Made by a program: the position numbers and the translations under genes. Source: Takakia lepidozioides (taxonomy: Eukaryota > Plantae > Bryophyta). From it: a stretch of 64,000 nucleotides of DNA. Below are positions 1-9,899 of the stretch, in pieces. The notes under the pieces are model-generated. The model did not search any database and was not told where the DNA came from. It saw only the letters and a program-made list of their open reading frames with translations. How positions within the stretch are numbered: position 1 is the first letter of the stretch; each line of letters begins with the position of its first letter. The stretch lies in contig CM060733.1 in NCBI GenBank assembly GCA_030704615.1, positions 11,284,001 to 11,348,000 on the forward strand, in the 5' to 3' direction.

Positions 1-2828
1 ACGCATCAAGCCCGTGAAAGTCGGAGCAGGAGTTCGGGCACCACCTCTGGATATAGATGAAGTGCACTTCTCGAAATTAGTTGCCCTGATCGCTGTACAT
101 TTCACACGAGACCCGACACTTGTGCGTTCTATGTGCCAAACGTGGTCGGGGCATGCGGACTCAAGCACATCAAGGGGGTTGTTTCTCTCCTGCACCATTT
201 CAGTGGCACGGTTTGATGCTGGAGCTTGCCGTCGTGTTGGAGGTTCCTCCACAATGGAGGTTCCGGACATGGAGCTGTCATGCAGGGGAACACGAGGCTT
301 CGAGAAGTTATCACGGTCTGCCCTGTGGGAATCTGAATCCGAACCAGGTGGAGTGTTCAATTTCCTCTTACAGGAGCCGAATCTCTCCTCCCCTTCAAGA
401 TGTGGAACTCTAGAAACAAGTGGCGTTCCCTGGGCATACATGCTCACCGCCCGTGCTATCTTGATTGGATCCCCAGATCTGTTTGCAGCACGCAACATCA
501 ACTCCCATTTGTCCGGACCCTTGCCACCAACCCCACCTCGTAAGAAATCACGGTATCGGGTTTGTTGTTGCAAGGCACGTATCAAATCATCTGTTGTTGC
601 CACATACAAATCCCGACCTCGTTTCCCAGACTGCTGCAACCATGCATTGTGCACAGTTTCTGCCAAATTGCAAGATGGCATGTCCGCCATTTCCTCAATG
701 GACATGTTCTGCAAAGAGGATAACCACACTTCAGAACAGTGCACAGGAAACAACATAAAGAAAGCAATGAGTCAAAAATATGGAAAGCAAATGTATGAAT
801 AAAGCATGAAATAGAAGCCTCGTACCATTGTCATGGCTGCTCCCCACTGTCTATACCGGAAGTGCCAAAACGCCAGCCAATCTTCCAATGCTCTCATACT
901 CTCAAGTGATGCAGCTCCAGAAGAGAACCACCAGGCACGAATTGTCTGGAACAAAGTGTCCGCCTCCTTCATTGTTCTAGCATCTTTGTACTCTTTGCAC
1001 AATTTACGGTGCTGAGTCTGCATCTCTGGTTTGATGTCCGACTTTGTATGTTTTTCCAGAGATTGTGTCCAATGGAATAGACATGTACGCTCTCTTCCTG
1101 GCATAGGCACTTTTGGGTCGCCCGATCCGAAGACAATACGAATAGCATTGAAATTTGCTTGAGCACTATCCGCCATGAAACCTGCGAAATTTGGAGATGG
1201 CAGCCCATGACACGTATCAGGGAATTCCACATGAGCTTCTGGGATTCCGTATCCTCGGATTGCATGTCACAAACTGCAATTGTCATAACTCGTTGGTACA
1301 CTGGATCGTAGACATGACAAGCCATTGTCGTCCAATCCTTCACTCGTTTCACATGATCAAACATAAGAAAACAGTTCTGCAAGTCCCCAGTCTTCTGCAT
1401 CCGCTTCACGAGGCTAACCCCACTGCCCTCCCCAACAGTCGACATTTTGAAAAGAAAAACTTTGATGGCACCTTGACCTGGGAATACATTGTCCTGGATG
1501 TAATCGTACTTGCTCACTCGTTTCAATTCCAAAATATTGTCTATGTAGCCTCTGATCCCAGAGCCCATTCTCAATGCATTGATCTGATGCCGAATGTTAG
1601 GTGAACTTAAAGTGGAGAAATGATCCATGACCAGGTCCAATGCTGCACCGTCAAGTTTAGTCCCCACAGAATCTCCTTCACTCAAAATATGGCTTTCCAA
1701 GAAGGACTTGCTTGCGCCAAGAGCAATTGCAGATGTTGTTGCGGATGGGTTTCTCCCGAACTCCTGTTTGATCAACCTCGATACTGTCTCAACACTCTCC
1801 CTGTAATCCCCCTTCGAGACAGGATGGTTATGGAATCCAAAATGCACACAAGCTCTCGTCATTGTATTCAAACGGTGGACAACATAGTACATTCTTGCTC
1901 CGCAGAGCGCCAAGCAGGATGGCACAAGTTTGCAGAATTTGCAGACGAAAGTGTTTGCCGGTGGAGGGGCAGTCCCAGGCTGAAATGGATTTTCCGCCAG
2001 ACCCTCCCATTCGCTTTGATTATGAACCCCAGACTGAAGAAAGTGTCTGCAATTCAAATTATCACACCTAAGGTGTCCATTGCAAACTGTCCTCCTGAAA
2101 ACAAGCTTGTCATCATTCTGAATATTGGATGTTTTTGTTCTGCACCACGGGTGCCCGTCGTGTTTCTTGTCCATTCCATGCATCATGATTGTTACACCTC
2201 CAACTCGCGGAGGAGGAGGCAGCTCGAATAGGATATCGCCATCAAAAGTCTCCGGCAAGAACTTCACAGGCACCTGCTTCAAAGATTCCCAATCAATTCC
2301 CCGCAACTCACTTTTGAATCCAGCCATTCCTCCCATCGCCCGCAATTTTGGAATGACACTACAAATCTCTTCTTCATCAGCTTCTGCAACCACAGTAGGA
2401 AGGACTGGATTTGGAATTTCACTTATGTCATCATCGGAAGAATCCGAAAGCTCAACGATTGGAGTGGAGGAAGTCTGTTCTTTTTTCACCACCACCTCCC
2501 TCTTGTCTTCAACGACCGAAGCAGCAGTCCCGGGCGTCACATATGACCCAAGGGACTTTCGCCGAGGCTCTCCAAGTACTCTGTATCGACCAGGACGCAC
2601 TCTCCACTGGCTGATATGAGCCGTCTCATCACGGTTTTGGAAAGAATATTTCACCAACTTCCCTTTCAGATCGTAAACCTCTTTCTCCAAAAAGATGGAG
2701 CCATTCTGCAGCTGAAAACGGGTAGCCAAGACATGTTCCAGAACAATTGCAAATCCATTGTCAAGGACTTCCTGGGAGAACGGCACTGGTTTGTCGTCTG
2801 AGAAGAACTCCGCTTCAGAGGAAGCCAT
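1..2828 (-). pseudogene. MULE/Mutator-type DDE transposase with an N-terminal GCM/WRKY-like Zn domain; one frameshift; 3' end runs off the window
   Basis: Exon 1 is 2828-826, with a frameshift at ~1210 (gtc atg / cat ggg). A GT-AG intron spans 825-709 and exon 2 runs 708-<1 with no stop. Motifs: C/H-rich RRTVCNGHLRCDNLNC...CKFCK...HFGFHNHP; D1 MFDHVKRV; CHVYD...CDMQSE; D2 FMADSAQA; Mutator CxxH CLFH; third acid SCNLAETVHNAW. Confidence 0.8.
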
Positions 2829-4059
2829 CTTCCTTCCTCGAGTATGTTTGTACCTTGCTATCGCAGATCTAGTGTAAATCGGTTTACTGCTGTCTCCAGA
2901 ACACAGTTGAAGAATGAGCAGAGAATATGGCGGAGGAAGCTCAGATAACGACTGTGCATATTATGTTATTCTTTCCAGATATGCAGCCGTCCATTTTAAT
3001 TACTTTTCTTGTGGGCCCAGTGGTCAGAGTATCCCTAGGGGCAGTGTCGGCAACTGTTAAACCGTTAATCAGAACCTCATCAATAAACCCAATAACAAAG
3101 CCGACTTCCTGGAAGCATGCCACAGGATCTGAGAATGGGATTGCAGATTAAGTAAATGTATCTATATACTACTACCAATGATCATGCGCACCTGGAAAGT
3201 TCCAAATGTGAAACGAATGTGGGGTTTGGCTAACAAGGATGACCGTGTATGATATTCCAAAATTTGTCATCAAACTCTCGTTCATTTATATTTATTTGTT
3301 TAAGACTGCGCATCAATTTCTGGGATTCGCTGTTATTTTTAAATATTGAACCCGTTCTAATAAAGAACACGCCGTTTTTTTGGGCGGCACACGTCAGACA
3401 TCCATAACTGAATACGAACAGCTGTACACCAATTGCTGGCATGTGCACTAATAAGGAAACGACTATGTGTAACGGTCACGCGGGAGGGAATCCGATGCTT
3501 CTAGAGACACGCAAGAACGCAGGCAATCCCGCAAGAAATCGGGAGTCACTGCGTTTTTCTACTTTTCGCGCTTAGAGGGAGAGTGGTAGTCAAGCTGGAG
3601 AGGGTTCCTTCTAGAATACGAAAGAGAAGAAAGTCTCTTTATTTTACTTCCCTTAGAGAGAGACGCAGAGCAAGAGAGAAAATGACGAGGCGTCGTTTGT
3701 TGGAGAACACAGGGCCAAGGCAGCAGGTGAACGCGGAGACTGATTCACAAGAGCAGACGGAGACTGAGGCAGCGGCTGCGACACAGTCGGCGATAAGAGT
3801 GCGCCAGCCTGTGGAGGCAGAGATGATTCGCAGGGACACTGAAGAAGGTGGAAGCACGCGGAACGCCGAACCTGGAGAAGGTCAAGAAACCCTTGCGCAG
3901 ACAGAAACTCCAGCAGATGTGAGAGGGAAGAGGAAAGCTGCAGAAGGGGATCAAATTTCAAAACCTAAGAAGGTGCCAGTAAGTTTTATCATATAGTCTG
4001 TCTGATTGCCTTTCAAGGAGTCCTTCCTCTTCCCTTCTTTAGCAGGAACTACTGAATTG

Positions 4060-4380
4060 CGAGCGTCGTTAACGCCATTCGATTCTCCTCATGAGATTTA
4101 TGTACCTATGTGTTTGAAGAGAGAGTCTGCACTTACTATTCTCCCTAAACTACACTGAATGTCGTTGCCGCCAATCAGTTGCACATGTATGTCATTACAC
4201 AACACCGATCCGGCAGGTCGTTATCTTTTGTGATTGTCGTTAACGCCGTTCGCTATCGCTCTCGCTTTTGTTTTGAATACGGCAGTCTCAGCTTTGCATG
4301 TGTAGATTGTGCTGAATTCTTTCACACCATTCATGGTGAGTTTCCTTGATACAGAGTGATGGTCGTTACCGCCATTCACT
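4060..4380. repeat. Cluster of 4-5 degenerate copies of the TGAATGTCGT-NN-ACG(A/C)CATTCA palindrome in intron 1 of the ParB-MTase gene
   Basis: Copies at 4060-4081 (cgagcgtcgttaacgccattcg), 4154-4179 (actgaatgtcgttgccgccaatcagt), 4230-4253 (gtgattgtcgttaacgccgttcgc), a weak one at 4313-4333, and 4355-4380 (agtgatggtcgttaccgccattcact). Confidence 0.75.
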
Positions 4381-6248
4381 ATTTGCAAATCACTCAGTCA
4401 GAACTGAATGGCATCGTGCAGAAAACTGTGAGGTCGAAGCCTACAGGATCAGAGGGGAAAGGATCTGGAGATGGGGACGAGTCCGCAAAAAGCTCAGAGA
4501 ATACAGATGAAGCAGATGAATCCGAAGTGCACTACCTTGACAAGGTGAAAGAACTCATGTCATTCCAGAAGGTAAACTCTCAGGAGGTTATAAGGGACAT
4601 GCTCGTATCTGGAGGGCGTCTGGACATACCTCTGTGCCGGATGATATCAATGCCTGTTGTGCGTCCACCTCTTTCCCATGACATAACAAAATTGGAGAGT
4701 GATTTTGTGCATGGATATAGACTTGGTGCACAAGTTTTTTATGTGTCACTGACGGATATAAATGGGAAAAGCACATTAGTGTCTCCAGAGATCAGTGATA
4801 ACTGGGATGAGTGCTGGAAAGATGCCAATGAGGAGTTCGAGCTGGGCCTCATGATGGGAAAGAACACCCAGCAATTCTGCAACCACATGTTCTACGTCTG
4901 GGACGGCAACCACCGATTGCTGGCATGGATGGGATACATTCAGAAACACCATTCGAAAGACAAAGACAAGCATGTTGCTGTGGAGGCAATGGTTTTGGAT
5001 CCAGGAAACGACATCGCTAGGCTTCTTACAGCTATGCACGACGTGAACAAGTAAGTCATCCAGGAGATTTCATTCCCTCTGTAGTGTCTTGTTAATCCTC
5101 AAAAAACAGTGTTAAGGAATGCAATGTTTCCAATGTTTTTGCAGATCGACAGAGAAATCGCATGTGACAACAAGCTTGGTTCACACACTATTCCGAATTC
5201 AGAGGATTGGTCTGATGAAGCTGGATGATTTTCGGACAGTACTACCACCCAATATCATCAAGAAGTGCGAAACAGGAAGAGCTGCAGGCACTTGGTATTC
5301 TTTGACACGAGAGGCGTTTCTGGAGTACATGTATGCGGTAAGCCCGAGTCTGTAATCTGTTTACTTTTCGAATACATGTTTGTAGTCCCTTCGGAGCTAA
5401 TCACTACTTGAATGAATGCAGCAAGAACTGGCAGAGGCAGCTGAGAAGGGAAAATCCGAATATTTACACGCACACCAGAAGAACTAAGGACATCAAAGGG
5501 TGTGGAAGCTGCAATAAAGAAGGAGTTTGAAATGCGAAGAACCAAATTGATGTCAGCCTTCGGAAAGCAGCTTAGAATAGTAGATCCTGGACTTGGTCCT
5601 GAGTTCCTTCAGCAGATCAAAACACACTATGACAAGCATGTGCATCCGGAGATGCAGCAGGAGAAATTGCACCGGCTGGCCATATCGATGGTCGACCCAC
5701 AAACAAAAATAAGGTGGCTGGAGATATGGAACTCAGATCAAACAGTAAAGGACTTGAATCAGTTCCCAAAGAGCACCATACAGCCTGGCACAAAGGTGGA
5801 AGGAATCAGTGATTTGGTGTTTGATAACTGGCTCCACAAGGCTACATTTTGGAGTCAGGTGTGTATTCGAACATGCTGTTTCTTCTCTTCAAGTATGTGA
5901 TGTGTATCTTTTTTGCAATTCTGACAAATATACTATTTGCAGCTCGAAAAGCGCGCCGTCATTGTGCTGGATCAGACTTTGAAGGACCTGAACATTGCGA
6001 TTGTTTCCCCTCCCCAAATGTCATTGGAGGCATACATAAGGAAGTGGAGAGGTCTCACCTGGAGATACTGTTTTTTCCGGGAGTTCTCCAAAGATGGTAA
6101 CATTTTACGGTCCAACGACTTTGACAGTCAGGTTGGAGGAGAGTGGGCCATGATGCGAGTTGTGTACAGGTGCAATGTCATACTTGAAACTCTACTGTTT
6201 TTTGGGAAAAAATGTGGCTTCATATGGATTGCAATCTTAGATCCAGAT

Positions 6249-6964
6249 TGAATGTCGTTGACGACATTCACTTCTTTGTCTAAGTCATTCTTAAGCGAGT
6301 ATATGAATTCACCTGGTTAGGATCTAAGGGTGCAATTATATTGTCCCTGATTAGAATTGATAATGTCCTTGAATGGCGTTGACGACATTCACATACGGAG
6401 TTGTTGAGAGGTCCTCAGAGTTATTTAAATTTTTGTAATGTCCATAGAGGTTACAGTGAGGGTTCCTCACTTCATTTTGCTGAATGTCAATGCAGACATT
6501 CAGTTGTTCTGCATTGTTTTTGCCTCTTGCGATGAATGTGGAGGCTTTTTTTTTAAGAAATCCAAAGTGAATGTCGTTGACGACATTCACAGCTGTGTCT
6601 GTATTATTCAACAGCGACAAATTCAATTTACATGGATTGGGGAGCTAAGTAATTGGTTTCTTTTTTGTATTTTTGTGAATGGCGTTGACGCCATTCACAT
6701 ACAGTGATGTTGTGAGGTCCTCAGTGATAGGTTCGTTATGAATGTGCATTGAGTTTGCCTGGAGGGTTCCTTACTCAATTTTTTGATTTCCATCCTGTGA
6801 TTTTGCTTCATTTAAGTAATAATTTGGCTTCATTAGTGAATGTCGTTGACGACATTCACTTCTATGTCTGTGTCATTTCTAAACGATAATTTGCATTCAC
6901 CTGGATTAGGGTGTATTTACAGTGTCATTGAATGGAATGTTCTGAATGGCGTTGACGACATTCA
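6249..6964. repeat. Array of seven 22-26 bp palindromes (consensus GTGAATG[T/G]CGT-TG-ACG[A/C]CATTCAC) in the long intron of the ParB-MTase gene
   Basis: Read directly: 6249-6270, 6370-6391, 6480-6503, 6567-6590, 6674-6699, 6835-6860, 6943-6964. Start-to-start spacing is about 87-161 bp. Confidence 0.95.
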
Positions 6965-9329
6965 TATCTGGAGCAGTAGTGTGGTCCTGAAAGGTCCTTG
7001 GAGCAGTTCTCAGAGCCATTTCAATCTATGTTTTATTCTTTCTGTTCTACTTGCATCTTACTCACTGAGCGCTTTTGTGGGTTGGGATTTATCTCCTTTT
7101 TTCAGGTACACGAAATATGTGCTTATGGGAAGGAAATCACCTGAGCGGAATTCCCGACTATCTTGACATGTGGTCGGACCCTGCAAACGATCCAACCATG
7201 TATACTGCAGTTCTCACTTCAGAGACTGTGGGTGGTACCTTGACTGCCCACCTGAGCACACGACCTTTCAAGAACAGCATATGAAATACTTGAACAATAA
7301 CGCTGAGATGCTGGCGCCTTTGACTGACGAAGAGTATCAACGAAACATAGCAACATTGGCTGCCAAGGAGCCTGATGCTCAGGGAACGCCGCAGAAGGGA
7401 AAGAAGGCGGGCCGCAAACCAAAAGACAAGGCTGTTGATGTCATAGCCATCTCACCAGCAAAGCCAAAGGACAAAGACAAGTCCAAAGAGAAGGAAAATG
7501 ACAAGGGACCCTTCCCGTTCTGATTCAGCAGGAGAGATGAAAATTGTTAATGAGGGTTGGCTTTCGATGATGCAGAGTCGAAAGAGATGATACACTGGGG
7601 TGCGATCCCCTACCTGGGACAATATAATCTCATTCCTCAATCTGGTGAGAATTCCAGTTTCTTTCCTTTTTCTCTGAAAGTTTCGTTGGCAGTATTTCAG
7701 TCTCGTTCTTTGAAAACAATCTTGCCATCGTTCTTATAAAAAACATGTCTGTTGCAGGTGAGCACAGGTCCCACCTTTGTGTGCGGTGTGCAGAAAACTT
7801 ATGCGGCCGACATTGTCATTCTCGACATCCCGGATGGCCAGGCTGTGCCAGAAGTTCTTCCAAAGGGCAAGACGCCAGGCTGGAACAAATTCGAGGACAA
7901 CTACTGGAGTTGGGTGTTCGGGTTCTGTAACAATTTCCTCTCTGATGCAGGGACACTTCTGCTTTTTCAGTCATGTGACAATGATAGTCGTCGGGCATTG
8001 GCATCATACCTCAAGTCTTCAGGGTTTGAAGTTTTGCGCACATGGAATTGTGTGAACAGCCTATACCTTGTGAAAGGGGGTTTCCCTGGTCAGCTGGTAT
8101 GCCGTCTCCCTTCTGCTTGTGCTTTGATCATGAGTTTCAATTTTCTCTGCAGCTCCACTCTAGTAGAATGTTTTATGATCGACATCGATCATCACCGATT
8201 CATGATTTTTTTTTGTCAGAGTTCTGAATAGCCGATGTACACACTTCCACTATAGATTGTGTTTACCACACTAGCCTGCTATTTTTGCCAGACGAGGATG
8301 TTCGAGGCGATCTGCCTGCGGAGGATTCGCACATCAAAGACACCATCCTCCATCCGCAGCTTTGAGATTTCTGACCAGGGTTGTTTCGTCAACCCCCCCT
8401 ATGAGCCCCATGTCGATGACATTTTGTACAACTTCATGCAGTCCAGTCAGACTCTGAAGAGACCAGATGGCACTCCCTGGAGAGGTGCAAAGGAAAAGTC
8501 ACCAGCATTCATGCAAATACTGCTGGAGTCATGCAGCCACCGCTCTGCACGGGTGGTCGATCTTTCTATGTCCACAGGTTCGTTTTTTCCCTTCCGAATT
8601 GGTTTCCTTTCAACAGTTTCATCTGCTTAAATCCCCCCCTCCAAACTGTTCATGTTCTCCTGTCTGGTGCAGGAGCAACTTACCACGCATGCAAGGCAGG
8701 CGGAAGAAGCCTTTTTGGCATGGAGGGTGATTCTGACCTCTACAACACCGTGCTCCTCCCCCTTTTGTCTGGCTCCACTTCAGGCACACAGACTGATCGG
8801 ATTCAAATTCGAAATGATGACGATCCCGAAGATAAGCAGGTCGACAACGACTTTTCATGTGAGTAAGTGCTAAACCCTCTTTGGGAGTCATACTCAATTT
8901 CTCGATAACATCAAAGTTACAGTACTAACTTTTTCAGGCTGTCTTTCAGGAAAGGCAGCGGTGGATCTTCAGGAGATACAGTCATTTCTGGCGAGTCTGT
9001 TTTCGACAGCCCCCTTTCCAGTTTTCTGCTTCCTGTTTATGCCGAAGCAATGGCACTTCACGCGGCCGAGTCCCTATCCCCTGACTTTTTAGTGGCCAGC
9101 CGTAGGTGTATCCAGCGTGGATCCGGTGTTCTAAAATACTTAGACTTAGATGCAGAGGAAGAGGGGATACATTGTACTGACTCTGAGTCAGACTGAACTG
9201 TATTCTTTTAATATTCATTTTCATATTATCTGGAAAACGTTGAATCCCTTTCCTCCACCGTAGTTGTTCCTTTAGAACAAATAATAATCACAGAATCAAC
9301 TTTCATTTAAATTGCTATATGTATGAATC

Positions 9330-9690
9330 CATCTCACAAACCTCCCTGACTCTTCTCATATCCATTGTGCATTCATCTACACTGTATTCATGCGTGCTCC
9401 ATTCATGAAAGCTTCCTTTGTACAACATCCATTGTACATTCATCCTCTGTACTCTTTAATCCACCCCACAAACCTTCCACACTCATTTCATATACGTTGT
9501 GCATTCGTCAAAAGATTTGGTCATGCATCTTCCTGTCATGAATTTTTGTCATTGCTCAACATCCATTATACATTCATCCATTTTATTCTTATCCATCCGT
9601 CATTCATCCATCTACATACATTTTTCACACTCATCCATCTGTTTATCATCCAACTGTACATTCATCCATCCTTTATTCAATGCCTTTTAT
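9330..9690 (+). repeat. Low-complexity CATC/TCCAT/TTCAT-rich subterminal tract
   Basis: Many imperfect ttcatcc, catccat and tacattcatcc units; strongly G-poor on +. Confidence 0.6.
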
Positions 9691-9744
9691 TATGTCGTCC
9701 AGCTTGTTTCCGCGGTAAAGGGTGCAAATCCGCGGGAATACACT

Positions 9745-9899
9745 CCACTTCTTTCTGGGCGCGTGGTGACGCGGCCTTCACGTGTGATGACGTGTACTGA
9801 GCCCCGTGACGTGGCATTTGCGCAAGGTGACGTGGCGTGAGCGCAGTTGCGCTCACGCGCTCACGCGCTCACGTGACCAGGCTCACGCCGAGGCATCCC
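9745..9899. repeat. Putative right terminus/TIR of the transposon
   Basis: GTGACGTGGC occurs twice. A 24-bp palindrome GCGTGAGCGCA-GT-TGCGCTCACGC lies at 9835-9858, with GCTCACG x4 to 9887. The block ends ...CCGAGGCATCCC before unrelated sequence. Confidence 0.55.

Larger units (their letters stand above)
3682..9091 (+). pseudogene. Spliced gene encoding a ParB/Srx-like N-terminal domain fused to a beta-class (N6_N4_Mtase-like) DNA methyltransferase domain; several frameshifts in this copy
   Basis: Exons joined at GT-AG sites: 3682-3978, 4422-5050, 5145-5337, 5422-5858, 5943-6169, 7106-~7644, 7759-8096, 8292-8577, 8673-~8862 and a tentative last exon at ~8950-9091. ParB box: FYVWDGNHRLLAW. 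MTase motifs in beta order: IV ADIVILDIPDG; X WRGAKEKSPAFMQILLESCS; I VVDLSMSTGATYHACKAGGRSLFGMEGD (spliced across 8577/8673). Frame breaks near 5444-5484, 7110-7210 and 7500-7560, and possibly around the 7644/7759 junction. Confidence 0.75.
1..9899. mobile_element. Putative Mutator-like (MULE) DNA transposon carrying a transposase and a divergent ParB-methyltransferase cargo gene; left end lies outside the window
   Basis: Transposase on - (1-2828) and cargo gene on + (3682-~9090) are head to head. A CG-rich repeat/palindrome block at 9745-9899 is followed by an abrupt change in sequence character, as expected at a transposon end. The second terminus and a TSD are not visible. Confidence 0.65.

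Noticed and set aside
14-802. 262-aa + strand ORF and other ORFs overlapping 1-2828
   Set aside because: Antisense shadows of the transposase reading frame.
6249-6964. CRISPR array (palindromic repeats with spacers)
   Set aside because: Spacers are long, uneven (about 63-135 bp) and homologous to each other. There are no cas genes and the array lies in a spliceosomal intron.
6351-7166. Short ORFs with repeated NVVDDIH/NGVDDIH peptides
   Set aside because: Translations of the intronic palindromes, not proteins.
8175-8192. Palindrome ATGATCGA-CA-TCGATCAT in a later intron
   Set aside because: Single copy with a sequence unrelated to the array motif; may be chance.
9390-9840. His/Ile-rich ORFs
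   Set aside because: Artefacts of the low-complexity CATC-rich tract.
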